The position numbers were made by a program, and so were the translations under genes. Below the pieces are notes generated by a model that did not search any database, was not told the origin of the DNA, and was given only the letters and a program-made list of their open reading frames with translations. Source: an uncultured Planctomycetia bacterium (GTDB taxonomy: Bacteria; Planctomycetota; Planctomycetia; Pirellulales; S012-138). From it: 64,000 nucleotides of DNA. Every line of letters starts with the position of its first letter. Within the stretch, counting starts at the first letter, position 1. The stretch spans positions 849,748 through 913,747 of the forward strand of contig CAWEKV010000002.1 in NCBI GenBank assembly GCA_963809785.1. Direction: 5' to 3'. This document shows, in pieces, positions 44,066-57,200 of this stretch.

Positions 44066-44299
44066 GTCGGCTTCAGCCGACACCCCGTCTGCCACCAGCT
44101 TCAGCTGGTGGACCGGGCAGCAAGAAAATGGGAGGTCAGCCGGCTTCCAGCCGGCTTGAAGCTGCTTTAGCAATAGCATCACTTTGCAAGGTCTGAAGAC
44201 ATGACGAGAAGCCGGCTTGAAGCCGGCTGGAATAATCATGACAGCCTTCGACACCACCCGCTGAAGCGGGTGGCAGACGGGGAGTCGGCTAAAGCCGAC
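44066..44299. repeat. 234-bp symmetric element with three hairpins per arm (REPIN/MITE-like)
   Basis: gtcggc-ttca-gccgac, ccaccagc-ttca-gctggtgg and agccggct..agccggct are mirrored on the right arm. Confidence 0.9.
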
Positions 44300-44341
44300 T
44301 GAGACACACGGGTTTATCTGGTCCACGGTGGTTCGCGTTTG

Positions 44342-46710
44342 ATGACCAAACTTAGACTCCTACGCTCGCGCCTCTCCGCCCTCAGCCGCCGGCGCTGGTC
44401 GGTGCGGGTGCTGACCGGCTTCTCCGGCCTGTCCCTGGCGGTGGTTTGGGTGCTCCTGGCGGCGTTCCTCGTCGATTGGCTACTGGAGCTGCCTCGCCCT
44501 TACCGCATGGGTTCGCTGGTGGCTATTACGGTAGTTGTCCTCTGGGCGTTCCGTCGCTTCGTACGCCCTTCGCTCGGCCAGCGCGAGTCGCTGATCGACA
44601 TGGCGCTCTTCGTCGAAGGTCAGCACAAGATCGACACCGACCTGGTGGCCGCTCTGGAGTTTGAAGCGCCGGAGGCCGATGCCTGGGGCTCGCGCAAGCT
44701 GGAAGACGCCGTGATCGACCGCGTGTCGGACATGTCGCGCGGTGTCAACGTCTTCCGCGGCATGGACTACGCCACGACGTTGCGCCGCGGGACCAGCCTC
44801 GCCGCGCTCGTCGTCCTGATCGCCGCCGCGGCCGGCCTCTTTCCTGGCCATCTGGCGGCGTTTCTCGACCGGCTGCTGCTGGGCCATGCACACTATCCCA
44901 CCCGCACGCAGATCGTGCAGGTGGTCATCAACGGGCAGATTGTCGATCTCGCGCCCGGCAAAGAGGCCACCGTGGCCTGCCCGTACGGCCAGGCACTGGA
45001 GTTCCGCGTGCACGGCGCCGGCGAGCTGCCCCAGGCCGGCACGGCGAAACTCTGGGACCTGGAGAGCCGCGTGGAGTCGGACCTGGAACTCTCGCCGCTG
45101 ACGACCGCATCGACAGCGGCACTGGCGAGCGGGGGGCCTCAGCCCCCCGGTAAGACGGCGGATGGTACTCAGATCGACCGGGCGGTTGACGCCCCCCGCT
45201 CGCCTAGGGCCGCTCGCGAAGAGCTCATCCGCCGCGCCACAATGGACCTGACCGGTCTCCCGCCGACCGCCGAGGAAATCGCCGCCTTCCTCGCAAACGA
45301 GTCGCCCGATGCTTACGAGAAGCTCATCGATCGACTGTTGGCATCGCCGGAGTACGGCGAGAAGTTCGCCAAGCATTGGCTCGATCTGGCCCGCCAGGCC
45401 GGCGTCTCGGAAGGCAAGCACGAATACCGCGACTACGTAATCCGCTCGCTGAATGAAGATGCTCCGTGGGCTCACGCCCCCATCGACGGTTTCGTCGCGG
45501 AACACTTGCGCGCGGAGATGCGGCTGCCGACGCTGCGAGGCGTGCCGACAGCGGCCGCGTCTATACGGGCCGCGTGCCCAAGCTGACGACGTCCGTCGGC
45601 TTCCAGATTCACCTGGGCGACGCCTGGACCGATCCGGCCAGCGTGCGCGTGGTGCCGCTGCCGCGGGTGGACGTGGCCCTGCGGGTCACGCCGCCGGCTT
45701 ATACTGCCGCCGGGGACGAGTCGCTGGAGACGCCCAAGGGGCAGCGGCAGATCGCTGTCATCGAGAACTCGCGCGTGGACGTGCTGGTGAGTGCCAACAA
45801 GCCGCTGGCATCCGCCAGGCTAGTGGTCAAGAACCAGCAGTATCCGCTCATGCGCGAGGAATCGAGTTCGAGCGCACGGCGCGAGATATGGACCCTCGCG
45901 GGCGACTCGCCGCTCGCCCGTATCACCGAGCCGCTGCACTATGTGATTCACGTCGAGGACGAGGATGGCCTGACGCTGGATAAGCCGATCGAAGGCTACA
46001 TCCGCCTGCGGGCCGACAATCCGCCCAAGGCCTTCGCCGACGTGCGCACCAAGCACGTGCTCAAGACGGCCGTGGCCAACGTGTTCTACGGCGCTTCCGA
46101 CGACTACGGCCTGGCCGAGCTGAAACTCAGGGTGCGGGTACTCCGCACCGGCCAGAACGATTCGCCGGCCAAGGAGTTCAAGCTGCCGCTGGCCGAAGTC
46201 GCGGCCGCTAATAACGGCGCCGGCGCGCGGCCGCGCCGCGTCTCCTCGATGCTCTTCCAACTCGAGCACTCGTTCGAGCAGAAGCTGCCCCAGACTTCGC
46301 CGGCGGCCCCGTCGTCCGAGCTGGTGGGTGAATTCGCCCAGCGGCACGTTACCTTGTCGCGCGAGGCGACAATTCCCTTCGCCCGGCCCGGCGGCGGGCG
46401 GTGGATGATCGCCGATCCCACGCACGGCCTGGACTTCGAAATCCGCCACGAGGCCCCGAAGTTCAACGTCTATCGAATTTACCCATTGCGGCTCAACGAA
46501 TTTGACCTTCAGGTGGGGGATCAGGTACGAATAGAGCTCGCGGCGACCGACTACCGGGGCGAGAGTCCCGGAAAAACGGCCGCCAGTGAGGCCCTGATCC
46601 TCACCGTCACGGATGAGAGCGGCTTTTTGGCCGCTAGCGCAGAAACGGACCAGCGTTCGGCTGAGCAGTTGGACGCCATCATTCGCCTTGGCCTGGGAGA
46701 CTCACCATGA
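44342..46710 (+). CDS. DUF4175-like membrane protein with Ig-like domains, containing an inserted REP doublet and a DUF1549-like segment (frameshift near 45540)
   Basis: N-terminal TM helices, ALFVE...DLVAALEF, VTPPAYT, DNPP, ASDDYGL and LQVGD.V.IELAATDY. The insert reads LIRRATMDLTGLPPT...RLLASPEYGEKFAKHWLDLAR...YRDYVIRSLNED. Confidence 0.8.
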
Positions 46711-49700
46711 AGCGTCAGGCACGTACGTGCGGCATGAGAGCGCTGAGCATCGTAGCGCTGAGTATTGCGGCCTTGGTCGTTTCATCCGTCCCGGCGCGGG
46801 CGGTCGATACCGACGCCCTGCGGCGCAAGGAACAAATGCAGGTGCGTGCCCGGGCCATGGCCCGCGAGCTGGTCTCGGGCATCCTCGACCTTCAGCTTCA
46901 GCAGATGGAGGAGAACGGTCTGACCAAAAGCGCCATCTACGGCGAAGTGCTGTCGATGCGGAAAAACATCGATGCCCTGGTCGAGGCCGAGATGCTGGAA
47001 GTCGTCGATCTCCTGGTCAAGGCGCAGGGCGAGCAAGGCAAGCCCCGCGACGCGACGTTCGTGCTGGCCCGCCAGAAGATCCGCGAAGTGGTCGTGCGGC
47101 TGGCTGCCGAGCGGCAGAACCTCCTCCGCCGGCTGAAGACGGCCGAGATCGCCGCGCAGGTCAAACGGCTGATCGAAATGCAAACCAAGGTGCTCAGAGT
47201 CACCAAGGGGCTTCAAGAACAATCGACCAGGCAAGAGGCCATCGCTCTGCGCAATGCCCAGGACCAGCGCGACGTGAAGGCGCTCTTTCTGCACTTGGTC
47301 GAGACGCTGGCCGACGTGAGCAAGTGGGCCGGTCCGGTCGGCGCGGGGGCTGGCGACGGGCTGCGAATCCTCAAGACGGCCGGCGTGGGGCAAGAACTGG
47401 ACGCCGCCGGGCAGCACCTGGATGCCGTCATCTACGACAAGGCCGCCGTCAGCCAGAAGACCGTCATTCGTGGCCTGCGGCTGCTTCTGGAACGGATCGA
47501 GCAGACGCAGGGCATCATTGGCGCCGACCGCGAGGCGCTCTTGGAAATGGTCCGCGAGCTGACCAAGAAACAAGAGGCCGTGCAGGCCAAGACCAAGGCC
47601 AACGAGCTGACCGAAAAGACGGCCGAGAAGCTCGTCGAAGAGCAGGCCGACGTTCATCGCCAGCTCGGCAAGCTTTCCGACGCGCTCCAAAGCCTGCCGC
47701 AGACGCAGCCGCTTGTCGAGGCCGCCAAGCAGGCGGCGCTCGATGCCCGCACGAACCTGTTTGAGGCCAAGAAGCAGCCGGCCATCGCCCAGCAAGACAA
47801 AGTGCTGGGCGCGCTGGCCGAGATCGAAGAGCAATTGAAGAAGGCGGCCGACGCCGAATCGAGTGACAAGACGGCCGAGCAGTACGAGAAGATCGTGAAG
47901 GACCTGGAAAAGACCAAGGCCAACGTCGAAGCGGCCAAAGCGGAGCAGGCCAAGGCCAACGCCGCGGCGAAGACCGATCCGGCCGCCGCCAAAGCGCCCG
48001 AGAAGGCCGTCGCCGACAAGCTGGCCAAAGCCCAGGAGGGTCGCGAGCTGCCACAGGCCGTGAAGTCGCGGCTCGAGGAGGCCAAGTCCGCGGCCACCGA
48101 GGCTGCGGAGAAGGCCGCCGATGCGTCCAAGTCCGCCGAGGCCAAGAAGGAGGCCGTGGCCTCCGCCGACGAAGCGCTCGAGCGGGCCGCGTCGGAAGTC
48201 AACGCCGCGCTGGCTGATGCCGAGCGCAAGGCGCTGGGGTGAAGATCGGCGAGCTGGCTCGCGCAGGCCGAATCGCTGGAGCGGGCTGCCGCCGCGGAGC
48301 GCCGCATCTCCGAAGCCGCCAAGGAAGCCGCCGCCAAGAAGGGGCTGACGAAGAAGGCGGCCAACGAGCTGGGAGCGGAACAGGCCGACGTGGGCGCCGT
48401 CGCCAAGAAGGTCGCCGAGGGCGTCAAGAACACGGCCCCCGAGGCCGCCGCCAAGCTGACCGAGGCGATGAAGAACACCGACGCGGCCGCCGAGGGCCTG
48501 AAGCAGGCCGAGGCCAAGCCGGGCGAGGCCTCCAAGCCGGCCGCCGAGAAGACCGGTGCCGAAGCCGAGAAGGCCGCCGAGAAACTGACGGATGCCGCAA
48601 GCAAGCTCCGCGAGGAGGTTGCCAAGACGGCCGCCAAGCTGTCGGAGACTGCCGGCAAGCAGTTGGCCCAGGTCTCCAAGGCCCGCGAGGCGGCCGACGA
48701 TGCGGTCGCCAAGCAGCCCTCGACTGCCGAGCGGCTGGCCCAGCTTGACAAGGCCGCCGCGAGAGTCGAAGAGGCCAAGTCCGATCAGCAAAAAGCGGCC
48801 GGCCGACCCGAGGCGGCCAAGGCCGCCGACCTGGCCAGCGAGATCGCCAAGGCCGCACAGATGCAGGCCGAGGCCGACAAGGCCGCAGCCGATTTCGCGG
48901 CCGGCAAGGAGAACACTCCGCTGAAGGCCGCCACGAAGGAGCAAGAAGTCGCCGACAAAGCCGGCGACCTGAGCAAGGCCGCCGCAGCGCGTCCACAGGC
49001 CGCGGAGGCCGCCAAGCAAGGCAAGCCCGACCAGGTGGCTCAAGCACTTCAGAAAGCCAAGGATGCCGCTTCGGAAGCCGCCAAGGCGCAGCTCGACGGC
49101 AACACCAAGAAATCCGACGCCGCCCGGGAGGCGGCGCGAAGGCGCTGGCCGAAGCACAAAAGAGTGCAGCCGCCGAGGCCCAGAAGGCCGCCGAAGCGCC
49201 GGCAGGCAAGCCGGACGCTGCCGCGCAGCAGGGCGTCACCGAGAAGGCCGCCGAGGCCGCCAAGCTAGCGAAGGCCGATGCTCCGGAGGCCTCCGGCACG
49301 CTCGGCAAGGCGCAGCAGTCGTCCGATGAAGCTCAGAAGAAGACCGCCGCCGGCCAGCCGCAAGAAGCCGCTCCGGCTCAGGAAGCCACGGCCAAGGCGC
49401 TGGGCAAGGCCGCCGACGAGATCGCCAAAGCCAAGGCCGATCTGGCCCAAGAGGAGGCGGCCCGCCTCGCTGAGGCGGCCAAAGAGGCCAACGCGCTCGC
49501 CAAGAAAGCGGTGGTCGATCCTGCCGCCCTGGCAGCCGCCCGCAGCGCCAGAAGGCGGCCGAAAAAGGGGCCGGCGAAAAGCCATCCGAGCCCAAGGGCT
49601 CGCCCCAGCAAGGTGCGCCCGAGCGCACCGCGAAGGCTGCCCAACAAGTGAAGAGCGACCTGGAGCGCGCGGCCGCGAACCTGGCGGCCCGCGAGCAGCA

Positions 49701-51039
49701 GATCCAGCGCGACCAGGCCGTCGGCGAAGCCATTGCCCGGCTCGCCGAACAGCAGCAGAAGGCCGCCGAAGACATCGCCGATGCCCGCGGCGACTTGGAG
49801 CAACTGGCCCAGGCCAGTCCCAAGGGTCAGCCCGCCGAAGGACAGTCCAAGCCGCAAGCCAACCCCAGCGGCCAAAGCCAGCCCAAGAGCCAGGGCAAGC
49901 AGCCCGGTGAAGGCCAGGCGAAGTCGCAGGGCCAATCTAAGTCGCAGGGTCAGCCCAGCGGCGAAGGTCAGTCCAAGGGGTCCCCTTCGCCATCGCCCAA
50001 GGCGCAGGAGGCCGCCGCCAAGCTGGCTCAAGCTCTCGATCAATTCTCCGAAGCCCAGCGCGCCACTGGCCAGGGGGCTGAGAAGGTCTCGGGCCAGCGC
50101 GAGGTGGCCAACCAGCCGATTCGCGAAGCCCTGGAGATCGCCTCGAACCTGACGCCGGCAGAGAAGCCACAGGCCGGCCAGCCGATGGCACAAGGCCAGC
50201 CGATGGCACAAGGCCAGCCGATGGCACAAGGCCAGCCGATGGGACAAGGCCAGCCGATGGGAGAGGGCCAGCCCTCCGGGGAGGGACAACCTAAGAGCGG
50301 CTCGCAAGGTGAGGGTCAGCCCAAGGGCCAGGGCCAAGGGCAACCCATGGGCAAAGGCCAAGGCCAACCGAAGGGTCAAGGACAATCGAAGGGTCAAGGG
50401 CAATCGAAGGGTCAAGGGCAAGGGCAACCCAAAGGTCAAGGTCAGGGCCAGCCAAAGGGCCAAGGACAGGGACAACCCAAGGGCCAAGGGCAAGGGCAGC
50501 CTTCCGGCCAAGGTCAACCCTCGGGGCAAGGCCAACCCCAACTCGCGAGAATGGGCTCGCAATTCGTCCCCAGTTCGCCAAAGGTCACGGCCGAGATGAT
50601 GGCCGGCCAGCAGGCCCTGGCGCAGCTCGCGCAAGCGGCCCAGGCCCAGGCTCAATCGCAAGGGCAAGGCGAAGGGCAGGGCCAAGGTCAATCGCAATCG
50701 CAGGGCCAGTCACAGTCGCAATCGCAAGGCCAGCCCGGTCAGCAGTCCACGGCCAGCCGTGGCACGGAAGGGGGCGGCAGCTCGAAGACCGGCCCTAGTG
50801 CCGATAATCCCGACCGCCAGGACGGTCCGCTGCAATTGAGCGGCCCCAGGGAAGGAGGCGACACGCGCGCGCCGACGACGGTCGCCGATTCGGCCAACAA
50901 GATGCGGGCATTCGAGTCGGCCCCCTGGTTCGCCAAGCTGCCCAAGGAGCTGCGCGACGCCATCCGGGCCAAGAGCCGCCGCGAGCCGCCCAAGGGTTAC
51001 GAAGAGACCCTGCGAAGGTACTATGAGAGTATTGAATAA
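46707..51039 (+). CDS. Giant exported Ala/Lys/Glu-rich coiled-coil protein with Gln/Gly-rich low-complexity tail (~1440 aa after frameshift repair)
   Basis: Signal peptide. ORFs 46707, 48390 and 49648 join. C-terminus WFAKLPKELR...PPKGYEETLRRYYESIE is typical of such clusters. Confidence 0.8.
50175..50540 (+). repeat. Coding tandem repeats: 18-bp GQPM(A/G)(Q/E) x5, then GQGQPK/GQGQSK units
   Basis: ggccagccgatggcacaa is repeated directly. Confidence 0.9.
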
Positions 51040-51090
51040 TACGTAGCAAAGTCGGCTGTGGGTCGAGCGCCAGCGAGACCCACGGTTCTC

Positions 51091-51250
51091 CCAATGACGA
51101 ATGACGAAGCTCGAATGACGAATGACGAAGGAATGCGCAAGGACCAAGGTCGAATGATCAGATCATTCGTCGGCATGGGCGTTTCGACATTCGGGCCTCG
51201 TCATTGATTCGTCATTGATTCGTCATTCGAGCTTCGTCATTCGTCATTGG
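51091..51250. repeat. Inverted arrays of AATGACG heptamers with perfect 33-bp terminal arms
   Basis: ccaatgacgaatgacgaagctcgaatgacgaat and its exact reverse complement ending at 51250. Confidence 0.92.
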
Positions 51251-51287
51251 CACCATCCTTTTTGTTTCCCTCCGCGCGGAGTGTTTC

Positions 51288-52324
<1,037 letters not shown>

Positions 52325-52359
52325 GCGAATCGCCGATACAGCAAGCGTCGAGAGTTGTT

Positions 52360-53032
52360 TCGTTTAGCCGCGAGCCAACGGCGAGCACGACCATGGTCCA
52401 CGCTTACCATGTGATCTTTGGCGCTTACGGTTTTTGGCTTCCTAACGACCCACGCGGCTCTTGGTCAACATTCGTGAAATCCTGGGAATTGCTTCGGTTC
52501 GGGCCGGCCACGAAAACGACCGAACGCCGCTCGCTGGCCAAGCGGCCCCACGACCACTCGCTGCGCCAAGCCGCCAAGCAAGCGCTGAAGTATCCACCCG
52601 TCCGTTTCTCCGGCATTCAAGCTCGGTCCGTCGGCACAGGGTTCGCCAACTGCGTGGCCAAGAGCGGACTGATGATCTGGGCCTGTTCCATTTTGCCGGA
52701 GCATGTGCATCTGGTCATCGCTCGGCACTCGTACGATGTTGAGCAGATCGTCAATCTGCTCAAGGGAGATGCGACTCGGCAACTCAAAGCCGACAACATC
52801 CATCCACTGCACGATTACCGGCGGCCTGACGGCCGCATTCCCAAAGCGTGGGCCGACGGTCAGTGGAAAGTATTTCTCGATGACGTGCGTGATATCCGTC
52901 GCGCCATCCGGTACGTTGTGAATAATCCGCTCAAAGAGCGCAAGCCGCGGCAGCGATGGACGTTCGTGACGGAGTTCACTGCGTCGTCGCTGCGTACGGT
53001 GCGCTGCTCGCCGATGGCTCGCGGCTAAACGA
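52360..53032 (+). mobile_element. RAYT-like element bounded by 28-bp inverted repeats
   Basis: 52360-52387 (tcgtttagccgcgagccaacggcgagca) matches the reverse complement of 53005-53032 with one mismatch. Confidence 0.8.
52393..53028 (+). CDS. Y1 HUH transposase, REP-associated tyrosine transposase (RAYT)-like
   Basis: AYHVIFGAYGFWLPNDPRG, ILPEHVHLV (HUH), LKG and AIRYVVNNP (catalytic Tyr). Confidence 0.88.
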   Translation: MVHAYHVIFGAYGFWLPNDPRGSWSTFVKSWELLRFGPATKTTERRSLAKRPHDHSLRQAAKQALKYPPVRFSGIQARSVGTGFANCVAKSGLMIWACSILPEHVHLVIARHSYDVEQIVNLLKGDATRQLKADNIHPLHDYRRPDGRIPKAWADGQWKVFLDDVRDIRRAIRYVVNNPLKERKPRQRWTFVTEFTASSLRTVRCSPMARG

Positions 53033-53053
53033 CAAAAATCACCGACAAACGAT

Positions 53054-53961
53054 ATGTCCCAATCCGTTTTGTCCCGCTATCTCGATCCCGAAACCCTCGG
53101 CCGCATCGTGCAGCACCTGATCGAGCCGCGCGGGCTGGTGCTGGGGAACCTGGCCGGCTCGCACAAGTCCCCGCTCTCGGGCTTCGCGGTCGAGTTCGCC
53201 GGGCACCGCGAGTACGTCTGGGGGGACGACCCCAAGCACATCGACTGGCGGCTCTACTTCACGCGCGACAAGTACTTCATCAAGCAGTACGAGATGGAGA
53301 CGAACTTCATCTGCCACATGCTGCTGGATGTGAGCGCCTCGATGCGCTACGGCGAAGGCGCGAGCAGAAGCTGCTCTACGCGGCCCAGATGGCCGTGATG
53401 CTCGGCTACTCGGTCATCCGCCAGAGCGACAAAGTCTCGCTGGCCACGTTCGATGAGCACGTGCTGGCCTTCGTGCCGCCATCGAACTCGATGGCCCAGG
53501 TCGTGAAGATGACCTCGCACCTGGAGGAGATCGAGCCGGTGCAGAAGACGCGAATGCCCGAGTGCCTCACGGACCTGGCCGGGCGGCTCGGTCGGCGAGA
53601 GATCGTGATGATCTTCAGCGACTTCTTCACGAACCTGGATGACCTGGAGCCGGCCCTTCAGCGGCTGCGGTTCAACCGGCACGAGGTGGTGCTGTTCCAG
53701 GTGCTGCACCACGACGAGCTGGATTTCCAGTTCGACGGCATGGTCAAGTTCCTCGGCCTGGAAGTCTCCGAAGAGCACCTCACGCAGCCGGACGACATCC
53801 GCCAGGCGTATCTAGCGGCCGTGGAGCGGTTCAACGGCCGCCTGGCCGATATCTGCCACCGCAACCGCGTGGAGCGGGTGCTGGTGGACACGAGCCGCAA
53901 CATGGGCGAGGTGCTGGTCGATTATCTCAATCAGCGGGCCGTGATGAGCCGCGGACGCTAG
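53054..53961 (+). CDS. DUF58 (vWA-like MoxR partner) protein (frameshift near 53365)
   Basis: GSHKSPLSGFAVEFAGHREYVWGDDPKHIDWR, KQYEMETN, LLDVSASM and IFSDF. Confidence 0.93.
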
Positions 53962-53962
53962 C

Positions 53963-54042
53963 GGCGAGCGGGGGCGTAAGCCCCCTGATAGTTCGGCCGG
54001 ACCAGCTTCCACGGATCAGGGGGCTTACGCCCCCCGCTCGCC
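53963..54042. repeat. REP doublet, family B (GGCGAGCGGGGGCGTAAGCCCCCTGA ... TCAGGGGGCTTACGCCCCCCGCTCGCC)
   Basis: Near-perfect inverted pair directly after the DUF58 stop. Confidence 0.9.
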
Positions 54043-54290
54043 TTTCGCGTGGTCGCCGTGCGGGCGGTCAATCTCTTTGCGAACCGGCGCCGCAGACGCT
54101 ATCGTGTTAAATAGCAAAATCCCGCCGCCGGCCGGAGAAGAGGCATCCCCACGCTGGCGGCGGTCCCACGGCCGCCAGTGACGGAAGGTGCAACATGCGC
54201 GCGGTCTTGTCCCTCAGTCACCTTGCGTCCGCCACCCCCCGGACCAGCACTGTCCGCCGCAGCCCTCATCGGAACGGAGAGGAGCGCTCC

Positions 54291-57200
54291 ATGCAGCCGA
54301 TCTCTGAGCAAAGCGGCCCGCGTGAGGCCATTGGGCGGGCCCGGTCGCGGGCGACCGTGCAATGGTTCATCGCTCTGGCCGCGCTGTGCGCGGCTTTCTG
54401 GTGTGGCGGCACCGCTCGTGGCAAAGAGATCCCAAGTGCGGAGTACTACTCCTCGTATCAACCCTACTATCAGGGCCGCTTCGCCGACGCCGCCGAGGCG
54501 TTTCGCGACGCGTTCGCGCTGAAGGGCGTCAACGGCCGCTGGGTGGACGCCATCCCCCAGTACGCCATGATGGGCGAGTGCCATTATCAATTAGGCAACT
54601 ATCCCGAGGCGCTGGATGCCTACGCGGCGGCCATGCAGTTGTACCTGCGGTTCCCCGATTTCCTGCTGCGCGTGGATTGGGTCACGAGCCCGAAGGCAGC
54701 CCGGACGCCCGTCCGCATCCCCTGGGGCCCCTCGGACCCCATCGAGCGCGGCGCGACCGTCGGCGACTACACGACGTCCGAACGGCTGGTGACCGGGCAC
54801 GTGATGAACGCCGGCAAGGTCGTCATCGATACGCGCACGATCAAGTTCGTCAACGTCCAGGAGATCATCCGCACGTTGGCCATCGCCATCCGCCGCTACG
54901 GTGAGATCAAAGGCCCGACGGCGAAGCACGACCGGCTGCTGGGCGACGTGATCACGCGCCTGGCGGGCCCCGCGACGAAGGCGGGCCATTGGTCGCAGTG
55001 CCTGGTGGACGTGCTGCAAGGCGTCGCCGCCCGCGCTGCCGGCCGGGGGGGCGCCGAGGGGTTTTTGCGGCGCGGCCGCCTGGCGGCCGGCGAGTACGAG
55101 CATCCGCTGACGGCGATGGTGCTGCTGGAATTGGGCCACCTCGCCCTGGCGGAGGGCCAATACGACGTGGCGGGGGCCGAGTTCGAGAAGGCCACCTATG
55201 CGGCCATGCACTTTTCCGACCGCAACTCGCCCTGCCGCCAGGGCACGCCCGACCTGCTCGAAGAGGCCTTCCGCTGCTGCTGCATCGCCCGCCGCCTGGC
55301 TGGCGACGACAAGCCATTCATGCTGGCCCGGCCGGCCGCCGATTGGGCGCGTCAGAAGGGCTGCCCCGCGTTGCAGGTTTCGCTGCTCTTGAACCTGGCG
55401 GAAAGCGATGCGGGTCTGCGCAATACGGCGTCAGCCGACGGCCACCTCAAGATCGCCCGACAATTGATCTTCGGCAAGCTCCGCTCCGACGCGGGCAAGT
55501 CGCGCCTCGGGGCCCGGCTGCACCAGCTCGAAGCGCTGGTCCGCTACCAGCAAGGACCCAACCGCGTCGCCGAGGGGGACGCGGCCCTGGCGAATGCGAT
55601 GGACTTCCAGCGTCGCGGCTCGCTATGGCTCTATCACATCAAGCTGGCTGACGAACTGGCCGTCAAGCCGCCGACGGGGCTCACCAACCAGGACCGGCTC
55701 GACCTGTACGCAAGAGTCTTGCGCAATCCCGAGCCTACCGATTGGAAACTGCAGCCGCTGGAAGCCCTCAGCGTGCTGATGAGCGCGGGTCTGCGCGGCT
55801 TGCCGATGGAGCGCTGGTTCGAGGCCGTCTTGCAGTCGAACCGGGCGGCCGGCGCATCGGCGGTGGAGATCGCCGACCTGGTGCGGCGCCACCGCCTGGG
55901 CAGCGCGTTGGATCTGGGCGGGCGCGTCCTCTCGCTGCGGTGGCTGCTGGAGTCGCCTGCCGAGGTGCTGGACCAGGCCGCGGCCAAGGAGCGTGCCGAC
56001 CTGCTCAGAGACTATCCCGACTACGACAAGATGGCCAAGCAGGTGCTCGAGCTCAAGGCCGAGCTGCGGCGGGTGCCCCTGGTAGTGGATCCCAAGGCAA
56101 ACCGGGCCGCCGCGGACGAACAGAGCCGGAAGCTGGGCGAGATTGCCCGGCTGAGCGCAGTGCAAGAATCCCTGCTGCGGCAGATCGGCGTGGACCGCGT
56201 CTACGCGCCGGTGATGTTTCCGCCCAAGCGGTCCACCAAGGAGGTCAGGGCATCGCTCGCCAAGGGGCAAGCGATGCTCGTCTTCTTCGCCACCACGGCG
56301 ACGGCCGAAAGCCCCAGCCGGTTCTTTGTGTTCCTGCTGACCAGCGATAAGGACAAGGAGGAGGACAAAGGCAAGTATCCCTCTTGGATGGTTGCGCAGG
56401 GCGTAACCGCCTTTAGCGAGGCAACCCAGAAGCTGCTGCGCGACATGGGGCACTTCGCCCGCGATGGCGAGCTGCGCCAGGCCCAATTGCAAAGCACGGC
56501 CTGGCAGACGAAGGCGGCCGACATCTACAAGCATATCTTCACCGCCGCCGCCTCCAGCGGGGCCTCCTCGGCGATCCCGCCCGAGATCGAGGAGCTGGTG
56601 ATCGTGCCCGACTCGGTGTTGTGGTACCTGCCCTTCGAGGCGCTGCAGGTTTCGGCGAGCGGGCAGAAGATGCAATCGCTGATCAGCAAGTATCGCATCC
56701 GCTACGCCCCGACCATGTCGCTGGCCGTGCCCTCCACGGTGGGCCGCCGAATCGGCGGCAACCTGGCCGTATCAGTCGGCCAGCTAATGCCGCGCAAGGG
56801 GGAAGACGAGCGCGCCAAGGCGGCGTTCGACGAGCTGCAGCGCGTGGTTCCCTCCGCGGTGGCGCTGCCCTCCCCGCTGCCCGAGCGGTCGGCGGTGTAC
56901 GGCACGCTGTTCGACCGGCTGCTGGTGCTGGACGATATCGACACGTCGGCCGGTCCGCTGGGCTGGCGGCCGATCAGGCCCCGGCTCAAGCCCGAGGGCA
57001 CCGCCTCGCCGCTGGGTAGTTGGCTCGAATTGCCCTGGGGCGGACCCGATCAGGTGATCCTGCCGGGCTTTCACACGGCCGCCGAGCACGGCCTGAGCGA
57101 CAAGGAGAAGAACCCTGCCGGTATGGACGTGTTTCTTTCGACTTGCGGCCTGATGGCTGCCGGATCTCGGACAGTGCTGCTCAGCCGTTGGCGAACCGGC

